Source: Trypanosoma brucei
Taxonomy: Eukaryota
Assembly: GCA_000002445.1 (NCBI GenBank)
Contig: CP000068.1
Location: 544,001 to 608,000 of the forward strand
Direction: 5' to 3'
DNA length: 64,000 nt
Position 1 is the first letter of the stretch. The number at the start of each line of letters is the position of its first letter. Below, piece after piece: positions 1 to 8,899 of the stretch. The position numbers and the translations under genes are program-made. The notes beneath the pieces were generated by a model that saw only the letters and a program-made list of their open reading frames with translations, was not told the DNA's origin and made no database searches.

Positions 1-902
1 GGGCCTTTGCGTACGATCTAGTTGACCCGCATGAAGTGGGAAAGTGGCGTGATTGTGAGGTTTCTCTTTTAGCACCGCATATGCGGTTCTTCCGCAACGG
101 CTTGAATGGCGCCGAGGCAGTGGGTATTATTGCCTCCTCACAGGTCGCACAGCAGCGGCGCTTGTACCTGGGCGAGTTTGAAGCCCCAGCCATAACGGCA
201 CTCGATGCTGTTCAACAGCTGGCACATGCATCCGCCCTGCGCTGCAAATTGGTCACACCTGTTGTAGATCCTAATGGAGTGGGGGGTACCGGCAGTGGGA
301 GTTTAGGGGACGAAAACATGGATAAGCATATCGATATGGAAACACTCCTTCCTCTTAGTTGGGCAACGCGTACTCCACCACCTTATGTTCCACTGGAGGC
401 CGATCTTCCTTTTAAACTACAAATGTCGCGGCCGACTGTATTCGCCGAGAGTCATCAGCAGAATCAGGCGTACCCAACAGGTGGAACGGTGGGTTCTCCC
501 TTTGTTCGTGGGGCCCCGATGATGATGTTTGAATACAACATGCATCAGGGTGTGGATCATTATGTTTACGATGACGCGCCAAGTGCGCGGCCCATGAAAT
601 GGTGGTCGCAAAAAAGCAACATGCCTTACAGTGGATACATGTACTTCGCGCGGAGTGGTCTCGTTGATCGATTTACACCATCAGAGGACATACCAAATCC
701 GCTTGAACCCACATCAAAGCGCAAGCCTCTGCATGCCGTTGTCCCACCAACAAAAGTTGTACAGGAACGTCTAAGAAAATACAGACGAAAGCAACAGGAG
801 GGACACAAGCAGAGAAGAAGGGCATCAAGTGGAAGTGGAGTGAGCAATGAACCCGATGCAGTGAATCGCCAAGAATCCGTATCGAGGGGAACATGTGAAT
901 AA
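1..902 (+). CDS. 3' portion of a hypothetical protein; the frame is open to the window edge, so the 5' end is truncated. Basic C-terminus (RKYRRKQQEGHKQRRR).
   Basis: The reading frame has no stop from nt 3 through 902. The ORF track begins at a GTG at 36, and the first in-frame ATG is at 81. GC-rich coding-like composition on the + strand, consistent with the surrounding gene array. Confidence 0.45.
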   Translation, partial: AFAYDLVDPHEVGKWRDCEVSLLAPHMRFFRNGLNGAEAVGIIASSQVAQQRRLYLGEFEAPAITALDAVQQLAHASALRCKLVTPVVDPNGVGGTGSGSLGDENMDKHIDMETLLPLSWATRTPPPYVPLEADLPFKLQMSRPTVFAESHQQNQAYPTGGTVGSPFVRGAPMMMFEYNMHQGVDHYVYDDAPSARPMKWWSQKSNMPYSGYMYFARSGLVDRFTPSEDIPNPLEPTSKRKPLHAVVPPTKVVQERLRKYRRKQQEGHKQRRRASSGSGVSNEPDAVNRQESVSRGTCE

Positions 903-1300
903 TTTCATCTTCAAATATGCAGTGACAGACGGCAGGAGAAAGCCAGGTAATTTAAAGTGGCTGCGATGGCGGCGGTATTTGGTGAGGAGCGTTCACGTAT
1001 CGTAGTGGGCATGGTTGGTTTTTTTATGTTCCCTTTCCTTTGACTCCTTTGCTTCTCTTCGCTTTTTTTTTTACTGCGGAAGACGTTTACGGAGCGAAAA
1101 AAAAAAATGGGGAATGTATGAGGGACCTGCTCACGGGAAGATCAACACAGGGATTAGTGTGGTGTTAATCCTTCAAAAGTTTCTTTTTTTTTTTAATTAA
1201 AAAAGAAAAAGATGAAACTTGGGGGTTAATAGAATAGTCCTTGTGGCGTGCGTATTATCGCCTTATATTTCATGTGTTTGTTTTGTGACATGTGCCGCTC

Positions 1301-1352
1301 CTTCCTTCTCTATGCGCATTTATTATCATTTTCCTTTTCCCCCCTTTCTGCT
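1301..1352 (+). promoter_or_regulatory. Polypyrimidine tract upstream of the 1498 gene; a candidate trans-splicing / polyadenylation-coupling signal.
   Basis: A run of more than 90% C/T (ccttccttctctatgcgcatttattatcattttccttttcccccctttctgc) followed by AG dinucleotides before the ATG. Confidence 0.5.
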
Positions 1353-1450
1353 ACAGAGGTTACTTATCTCCTTTCGAGTGCTTACCTCACTGCCTCGTTG
1401 AAGGAGTTGCGTGTTTATCCCGTTCGCACAATACTGACAAAAGTGGAATA

Positions 1451-1497
1451 ACAAAACAAAACAAAACAACAACAACAACAACAACAACAAAAACAAA
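1451..1497. repeat. (ACAAA)n/(CAA)n microsatellite abutting the start codon of the 1498 gene.
   Basis: acaaaacaaaacaaaacaacaacaacaacaacaacaacaaaaacaaa. Confidence 0.9.
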
Positions 1498-1995
1498 ATG
1501 TTTGGTTCCCGGAAGGCGTCTCGACGCAGGTCGTACAGGAGCAGGTCGACAATGGGGTCACGTGTGGATATTGATTTTTGTAAGTTTGAGGAACCTCCGT
1601 CACCACGGGAAGGGGAGAGACGCTGCTTATTTGTACTTGATCCACTTGAGCACTACGTGGAGAGCAAAGATCGCATGGTGGAATTACTACCGGGACGTGT
1701 GGAGACGGTTGATGGTGTGAATACATATTACATCAATGGGTGTACCACAGAAGAGAAGTTTCCTGGACTTGATTACACTTGTTACAGGGTGGATCTCCGA
1801 GACACGTACCGATCGCGATGCGCAGTACCACCTGAGGCCACACCTGAGGAGAAATTTATTTCACATCGACACCGAAAGTTGATCCCGTACAACAGTCGGA
1901 AGCCGGTGGTGGTTTACCTGCCCGAGGACGCCCAGTTGCACTACCGTATTTGGACGGGTGGCCAGGAGGTGGTGGCCAAGAAAGCCGAAGAATAA
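1498..1995 (+). CDS. Small conserved hypothetical protein (165 aa); paralogue of the 39505..39969 gene.
   Basis: ATG at 1498 directly after an A/C-rich microsatellite, with a polypyrimidine tract further upstream (1301-1352). Shares collinear motifs with the 39505 ORF: [17 protein letters not shown], and [36 protein letters not shown]. Confidence 0.6.
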   Translation: [165 protein letters not shown]

Positions 1996-3333
1996 TGATT
2001 TAAAAAAAAAAAAGAAGGAGAGTCGAAAATATATGCGTCATGTGTGCCTATGTGCTTTTTTTTGTTTTTGTGCGTTGAAAACACATTTTCTGCTCGCCAC
2101 TTTCGCTCGTCTTCCTTCATTTCAGTGGGAACAACCGACATTCTCCTTGTCTTTTTTTTTTCTTTTCCATCTTGCTCTCCTCCTTACTTTCCATATTTAC
2201 ACCACCGTGATGTACATGTTTGAGTTTGCGTGTGTAGTGGTAGGAGAACCCTTCTCAACCCTGTTATAACTTTTCAATTCACTACATGTGTATTGGTTCC
2301 TTCAATCAAAGATGGGAAGTGTGCACATATGTATTTTTTTTTCCTGTGTATGTGCGAGCGTGTATGAGGGTGGAACGCAGAGAAAAAGGATGGAAAGAAA
2401 ACAAAAGAAGACCCGTTCGATGTACAGTTTTGTTGTTTTTTTTTTCAAAAAAAGAAAGGATTTTACTGCCGTTTTAACTTCTTTCCTTTTCTTTCCTTTC
2501 CTTTCTTTTTTTCTTTTTTGTCTCCTCTCCTTTGTCCCACCTACTTCTCAGGACGTGATAAAGTGTATATTTACGGGAGAGCATCACAAGAAAGCGACGG
2601 AAGCTTGGGGGACAAGCGCACACATAAACATACATAAACACACACACACACACAAAAAGAAGGAAGCGATGAAGGGGAAGGCAAAGGAGGGGAGTGAAAG
2701 GAGTTGTATAAAATTTGCAGGGCTGTTAGTGAGTGTTGCATGCTTGATTAGCTGCGGTATGGAGTGATGGCTCTGTATTGCAATTTGTTCTAGTGATGTC
2801 GTTTTGTTTTTTTTGTCTTTTAACTGTTTTGGTTCTCCTTTCCATTTTTTCCATCTTACGGTATGGTTGGTGGTATGTAATTCTTTTGAAAGGGCGCTCA
2901 TTGATGTGTTATGAGTGTTGGCGTACAATTTGCCGTCTTGAGGTGTGTTAAACCTCTTTATGTTTCTTTCCTCCTCCTTTCCCCGTCCTCCCGTTCATTC
3001 TTTTGGTTGTCTGCTTTTTGTGTTTCCGCAGGAAGGAAGGGTGCGTGAATTTTCATTATCTTGTTTTTCTCATGGTCGAAATTTATATTATCCTCCTTTT
3101 TGTTTTGTTTTCTTTTTCTCTTTAGTAGCGCTCGCCACTCCTCTTCCCGGGTACTCCGCACACCAACGGCGATAATAATAATTTAAAAAAAAAAGAACGT
3201 GTGATTGGCGGACGGGCAACGGAGTTTTGCAGAGGGGCAATATAGTGAAACCAAAAAAGAGTCACAGCCGGTAGATAGTGCACGGTGTCAACGAGTTTGT
3301 GTGCGCGTGTGCGTGGTTTCTTCATTGCTCCTT

Positions 3334-4830
3334 ATGTACGCAAAGGGTACGCGAGGTTTGCGTAACCTTGATGAGACACTCGCGGCGCTACGGCAGAATG
3401 CCCGCCAGGAAGCGCGTTTGACTCGGGAGGAATTACGACGCTACGTAATCCGTGAGGACATTCGCCGCCAGAATGCGGAACGTCGGTTTCAGCAGCAGGG
3501 GGAGTTGCTTAATGGTGCCCGCTCCGGTAATGTCACTTCGGCTTCTGTTGGGTGCGAGAGCGATGCGGCGCTGCCTGGTTGGTATGATGGCCAATTCGCC
3601 CCCCCTGATGCGGGAGATATGAACTCTGATGCCGCCATCCATCACGGTGATGCGGGTGATATCGTGGAGGATGTGACGGAACGGGTATCCCGGGCTGCAC
3701 ACACGCTTTACCCTCAGCTTCTCAATGAGATAGATGCTTGTGCTGTTGACCTATGGCCTCGGCAGCATGACTGTGTAGATGGAGATGAGGATGAAGAAAG
3801 CGTGCAAGTATTTAGTGGTGACTGTGTGGTGGAATGGAGTGGAAATAGATCACCTCTTTTGCTACGTTGCACGCGTCCTTCGAGTACCGGCTATCTTCCA
3901 CTAGTACCATCATCTACAGGGAAGGAAGTGCTGCCTCGCGGGCGGAGCGGTAACACATCGAAAGTAACCGAAACCAAACCACCGGTTGTTTGTTTTGATG
4001 GGGATATGTGTTCGAGGTTGTATGAGTATGATGGTGGGGCTGATCCACTGAAGTCTGCTCTGCTTTCCGCCAAACGAATGTGTGAAGGGCGAGGAGTTGT
4101 GTCGGGTAATTCACCCAGCGAAACGAAGGGTCCTTTAGCCCCCCAGCGGCCAACGAAGCGTTGTTGGGACCCACGAGCTGCCAACAAGCCTGTGCTACAC
4201 AGCGTAGGCACTGCTGTAGCTGAGAGCTCTGCGAAGTCTATTGCGAAGAAGATTCGCCAGTCAGTGAAGCAGCAGCCGCATGGTACGGGTGACAAGGGGA
4301 GTCAGGATGTATCGGAGCGCATTTTTGTTGAACCGCGAAGCTTCGTTACGGAGCCCAAGGGTGAAGAAGTTATTTATGTCCAAGTCGCACAACCGCTCAT
4401 GGCTCACTTCTGTGATGGTTGTGGTGCTTGTGCGGCGCGGGACGTAACCACCGGTCTGCCGGATTCGTGCACATCATGCGGTGAGACATTTGGTCCCGTG
4501 GCACCGATGCGGCGGTACATTTCATCAGATGATGATGGTGAGGGGTATTCAATGAACCGCACTGCGGCGCGCGGGAGGTCGGGGTCTTCAGAAGTGAAGG
4601 CGGATGTGGGAGTTGGTGGCTTGGAGGCGCACGGTGTTCCCCCTGATGTTTCACGTGCCAAATCTCACAGGGCAGCAACGATGGGAACTGAGGTGCAGAG
4701 GCCCTGTTCCGTTGGCGGTTCCGCTGTTGCCACACAGGCTGGTGCAAGAAATGGTCCAAAGCCCCTTCCGCTGACTGCAAAGGGACTTTACTTCCTTTAC
4801 TTGTGGGACCAAGCGGTGTCTCGCAGCTAA
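3334..4830 (+). CDS. Hypothetical protein with a CxxC...CxxC zinc-ribbon-like motif (FCDGCGACAARD...CTSCGETF).
   Basis: Long + strand ORF. The track start at 3205 is a TTG, and the first in-frame ATG is at 3334. An upstream polypyrimidine tract lies at 2964-3148. No recognisable catalytic domain. Confidence 0.5.
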   Translation: MYAKGTRGLRNLDETLAALRQNARQEARLTREELRRYVIREDIRRQNAERRFQQQGELLNGARSGNVTSASVGCESDAALPGWYDGQFAPPDAGDMNSDAAIHHGDAGDIVEDVTERVSRAAHTLYPQLLNEIDACAVDLWPRQHDCVDGDEDEESVQVFSGDCVVEWSGNRSPLLLRCTRPSSTGYLPLVPSSTGKEVLPRGRSGNTSKVTETKPPVVCFDGDMCSRLYEYDGGADPLKSALLSAKRMCEGRGVVSGNSPSETKGPLAPQRPTKRCWDPRAANKPVLHSVGTAVAESSAKSIAKKIRQSVKQQPHGTGDKGSQDVSERIFVEPRSFVTEPKGEEVIYVQVAQPLMAHFCDGCGACAARDVTTGLPDSCTSCGETFGPVAPMRRYISSDDDGEGYSMNRTAARGRSGSSEVKADVGVGGLEAHGVPPDVSRAKSHRAATMGTEVQRPCSVGGSAVATQAGARNGPKPLPLTAKGLYFLYLWDQAVSRS

Positions 4831-5135
4831 GATTTTTGTACTCATTCATGAGTAGAGAACTGTGGCTCCCTAATTGTGCCTCTAGTTTTATGGTTGATGC
4901 GTTTTATTTTTCCCTTTTCCCCCTTCTTGTTTGTTGCTTTGTTTTGTGGGAATTTGCAGTAGGGGAGGAATTGAGTGGTTGGACTGTGGTGGGGTGTCTC
5001 AACTTGCGTGAACGTCTAGCTGTACTGTGACGCTAGCAGTGGTGTACTTGACTTTGCGCGTGTTCATTGGTAGCGCAGAGAGGTGGAGTGATATTTCCTA
5101 ATCTGTTGTGTATACCTCCATCGCTTAACATAGGC

Positions 5136-5157
5136 GTGTGTGTGTGTGTGTGTGTGT
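5136..5157. repeat. (GT)11 microsatellite.
   Basis: gtgtgtgtgtgtgtgtgtgtgt in the intergenic region. Confidence 0.9.
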
Positions 5158-5452
5158 TTCCGTCTGTTTTTCGTTGGTCGCTTCTCGTAAGCATTTTCTT
5201 TCTTTCCTTCCTGTCTTCTTTGATGAACCTATATGCACGTGTCAGAAGTGTTGGAACGTGTTAGTGGTGGTGTGCAGGGATTCAACCGGGGGTGCGCTGA
5301 AACGCGTGGAGCGGATAGGAGATCTTTGGTAATTCACCATATTTTGCCTCTTGTATTCTGTTGGCATTCTTGGGCGGCGGTATAATCGCGCTGAGTCTGT
5401 GCGTACTAACCCATCCTCGTTCTGTTTTTCTCCGGTCTTCGGCGTTCGAGCA

Positions 5453-7438
5453 ATGCGGAGTTATGTATTTGGCCAACTGTGTTGGATATGCAGGGTCACG
5501 GTGGAGCTCCTCATGGCGATGGGAACGGGGGCAAAGTGGATGTTCATGCTTACGCGCCTAGTCATCTTTGCTTTTATGAGCTTCTCGTACTTTGTTCCGA
5601 TGGTTTATTGGTACTTCTCTTCTCCCAACATCATTCATCGAGTGGCGTATCGGTCCGCCAAAAGAAGCAGACAACGTGTTCCGAGGATAGAGCCCGGACG
5701 TGCACTGGGATCGAAGAGAACTGTGGGGAGCACAGGATTTGAGAACTGTCCGAAGGTGGAGGAGCCGGATGACATTGATACCCTGAAAAGCTTGGTGACG
5801 CCGCTCCTGTTGTCACGGGATGGTAGAAACTCGGAAGCGACATGTTCAGTTGAATGTGCGGTAAATGACGATCCAAAGCAGGGAACTACTTCCTCTATCC
5901 TTTCTGACGAGTTGCGGGGCTCGTGCGGAGGCTCGGTGGCTTTCAGTTCGGTGTATTTGGGTGGGGAAAGGAATGGGAATGGGACAATCAGCGAAAGAAC
6001 AAAGGAAACCCGGTGTGACAATCCACTGGAGGACGTTGTTTCAAGCGATGATGATGAGGATAGGCAGAACTTAAACAATCGCGCCCGCCTCGATATATAT
6101 CTTCCCGTGTCACCCGATTCGTCGTCCAACCCAACGGAAGGCGAAGGAACCCCTTCCGCGGGAGTAGAAAATAAGAAATCTCCTATCGTTATTTGTATTT
6201 CTGGTGGTGCGTGGATTGTTGGGTGCTACCTGTGGAGCGGGTTAGTAGCGAGGCTTCTAGCGACTCGGGGCTATGCTGTGTTTTGTCCCGACTATCGTAA
6301 CTTCCCCCAAACAGACATGGAAGGGATGGTTGTTGACATTTCCGATGCCATTGCTTGGGTGGTGCACAACGCCGACCGGTACAACGGGGATGTAAGCAAC
6401 ATAACCCTTGTGGGGCAGTCCGCTGGTGCACATCTTTCGCTCATGTCACTTCTCTCACAAGCGCATCTACACGCTGAAGAGGCCTCCGGAGGGGAACCAC
6501 CAAGCGGCGCAGCGTATTACGTCAAGCGGTACAACCCCCGTACTTCCATTCGCCGATACATTGGGCTAAGTGGAATATACAATCTTCAAGAGCTTGTTCC
6601 TCACTTTGATAAGCGCGGTCTCTACAGCAGCGTGCTCTATAGAATCGCTGGTGGGGAGGATAAATTGGCGAACTTCTCACCTACTGCGTATTTTGGTCCG
6701 AAAGTGCTCGGTAGCACCGAAGAGTCGCTTCCAGAGAATATATTTGACTTTCTCCCGAGGTATATATACTTTCTTCATGGTGATGCAGACGAGAGTGCAC
6801 CCCTGTCTGAGTCAGCGGATATTGCTTTCGCCATGCGTGAGAAGCAGCGGCTCCTGACAAGGCGTAGGTGTGGGAAAAGTGTGGGAAGATGTGCCCCATT
6901 TTTCACTTGCGACTCCTCGAGTTCTATCCCGTGCCAACATACTCATTGTTCGCCCTCTCATATGAGTTCCGATGAGAATGGTATGACCAGCATTAGTCCC
7001 TGTGCATCATTTGCCAGTGGGGAACCGAAACATCAGTCCAATGGCGGAATACGTGGGCGGGGGTCGTCGGAGTCGAGTGACAAGGAACACAGAGCTTCAG
7101 CGGTTGAGATTCGGTGGGTGAAAATACCGGACGCTTCCCACACCGATCCTTTTGTGGAGGAGGTGTTAGTGGGTCATCAGAGCTCACTTGTGGAATTTAT
7201 TGTCAAACAAGATGATTACCTGGTGCCGGGTCATCGGTGGGAAATAGAGGCAGAATCCAGCGAACCAGACGAGGATGAGTGCAACGGCGCAACTGTTAAC
7301 ACGCCTGGGGATTCCCCAGCAGAGTATTCGGATTCTGTGACCCCAGTGATGCTTCCCGATGCCATTTTGCCACTTCGTGTTCCTCACGAGTCGCGCCCGC
7401 TGTTGATGCGAGCTGCTTCATACGTGTGCCCATTCTAG
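5453..7438 (+). CDS. Alpha/beta-hydrolase-fold esterase of the isoprenylcysteine alpha-carbonyl methylesterase (ICME/PCME) / Abhydrolase_3 type. It has an N-terminal hydrophobic segment and a long Ser/Cys-rich C-terminal extension.
   Basis: Motifs LDIYLP...ICISGGAWIVG (an HGGG-type oxyanion hole), CPDYRNFPQ, and the nucleophile elbow LVGQSAGAHL (GxSxG), followed by HGDADESAP near the acid/His region. These match the ICME / kynurenine-formamidase-like family. The track start at 5351 is a TTG, and the first ATG is at 5453. Confidence 0.75.
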   Translation: MRSYVFGQLCWICRVTVELLMAMGTGAKWMFMLTRLVIFAFMSFSYFVPMVYWYFSSPNIIHRVAYRSAKRSRQRVPRIEPGRALGSKRTVGSTGFENCPKVEEPDDIDTLKSLVTPLLLSRDGRNSEATCSVECAVNDDPKQGTTSSILSDELRGSCGGSVAFSSVYLGGERNGNGTISERTKETRCDNPLEDVVSSDDDEDRQNLNNRARLDIYLPVSPDSSSNPTEGEGTPSAGVENKKSPIVICISGGAWIVGCYLWSGLVARLLATRGYAVFCPDYRNFPQTDMEGMVVDISDAIAWVVHNADRYNGDVSNITLVGQSAGAHLSLMSLLSQAHLHAEEASGGEPPSGAAYYVKRYNPRTSIRRYIGLSGIYNLQELVPHFDKRGLYSSVLYRIAGGEDKLANFSPTAYFGPKVLGSTEESLPENIFDFLPRYIYFLHGDADESAPLSESADIAFAMREKQRLLTRRRCGKSVGRCAPFFTCDSSSSIPCQHTHCSPSHMSSDENGMTSISPCASFASGEPKHQSNGGIRGRGSSESSDKEHRASAVEIRWVKIPDASHTDPFVEEVLVGHQSSLVEFIVKQDDYLVPGHRWEIEAESSEPDEDECNGATVNTPGDSPAEYSDSVTPVMLPDAILPLRVPHESRPLLMRAASYVCPF

Positions 7439-7789
7439 CTGGTAGTTTACATTCTGTTCTTGTCAAGGTTGCTTCATGCATATACACGCTCTCACATGTA
7501 TATATATTTATATATGTGATTTCGCTGTTTTTTTTTCTTTAGCTGTTGTGGGACGCTACTTTCGTTTAAGCAGAATATTTCATGTTTTAGCGATCTCGGT
7601 TAAATATTTGTTGTTGTGGCCAACATCACCCTCTCCGTTTGTTTTTCGATTCACCTCTATGAGGTTTTGGCTAAATGTGTTGGTAGGGCCTAATCAACGC
7701 TACGTAAGGGTGCCCATTTGCCCTATCCTTTTTTCAAAGTGAGTCTAGGTTCTCTTCGTCTGTTTCCACGCAGTCTGTAAAGATTGATT

Positions 7790-7853
7790 TCTCACTCCTG
7801 AGTTTTTTTTTCCCGCCCCTCTTCCTTCCTTCCTTCCTTCCTTTTTTTTTTCA
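7790..7853 (+). promoter_or_regulatory. Polypyrimidine tract including (TTCC)n, between the esterase and pseudouridine-synthase genes.
   Basis: ctcactcctgagtttttttttcccgcccctcttccttccttccttccttcctttttttttt. Confidence 0.5.
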
Positions 7854-8514
7854 TCGCAGCGGTTTAAGGAAGGCATGCGTTTTTCCAGTACTAACTTTTG
7901 TCCCCGTAGCATTGTACGCGCGTGTGTGTGCCGACGCCTTGGCCTCTTCTTTCTTCCCGTAGACACTTCAAAATTTTATTGTTCTTTGTTGCAATGTTTT
8001 AGTACGATGCTTTGGTGTACACATAAATGTATTTCGGTGTGCACATATATTTATATAAGTGTATGTATATATGTTTGTTTAATTATAATTGATGGATGTT
8101 GATGCGACACCTTTCTCTTGTTGTGGGATATATATGTCCTCCAGTTTTTTTTTTTTTTTACAGGGGCAGCGTGTTTGTAAGTGGGGAATAAGGCAAGCCA
8201 AAGTCACCCGAGGCGACTGTGGAAGACATTTATTACCACTACCATCATCATTGATTACCTTTTCTTATTAGTTTTGGTCGGCAATGCTTGAGGTCATTTC
8301 TGATATCTACTGTTATTTAATTTCTCTCATGTGGCACGTTCGATGAAAAGGGAAATAATGTAATTTGAAGAAACTCACACGCTCAGGCAGGAGAGTTAGT
8401 AAATGGCTGTTGCGCTGATGTGTGTTTCGTGGCCGCTAATTATGAGACGGTGTCAAACCGTGTTGCCTTCGGTGTATATTTGCGTTTTTTTTGTTTTTAT
8501 ATCCTGTTTGCGCC

Positions 8515-8550
8515 TTGTTTTTGTTTTTGTTTTTGTTTTTGTTTTTTTTC
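8515..8550. repeat. (GTTTTT)n U-rich repeat. Similar runs recur at 19676-19700, 23756-23776 and 59896-59925.
   Basis: gtttttgtttttgtttttgtttttgtttttttt. Confidence 0.85.
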
Positions 8551-8899
8551 TTTTTACACGCTTACTTTTGAAGCGATTCAGCCACCTCCTCCCTTTCCTT
8601 TTCCCTCTGTGTTCCCGCAGTTGTCTCTCCCGGGAGAGAAATCACTTGGTCGTCACCGTTTAAATAACCTTCGTGTGTGACGTTTGTTGAGGTTCGTTGC
8701 CGCTTTATGTGGTTTTAGTCGGTTCGGAAGAAGGGAAGTGGTACAGTGAGTGTGGTGTGGGTTATCTGTACCTCTGTTGCTATCGTTGTTGGTTCCTTAT
8801 ACTTTACCATACGCCTCGCATGCGTTTTGAGTCGTCCACGCCCGAACGTATTTCAGGGAGGAAAGTAATTAGTGTGCGTGAGGTCCTCGGTGCCGTTGC

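Noticed and set aside
3205-3333. Upstream TTG/GTG-initiated extensions of several track ORFs (3205, 5351, 11201, 25786, 36340, 40817, 47829, 51987, 54332).
   Set aside because: Non-ATG starts are not expected for trypanosomatid nuclear genes. Several extensions run through polypyrimidine tracts, so the features were re-anchored to the first in-frame ATG.
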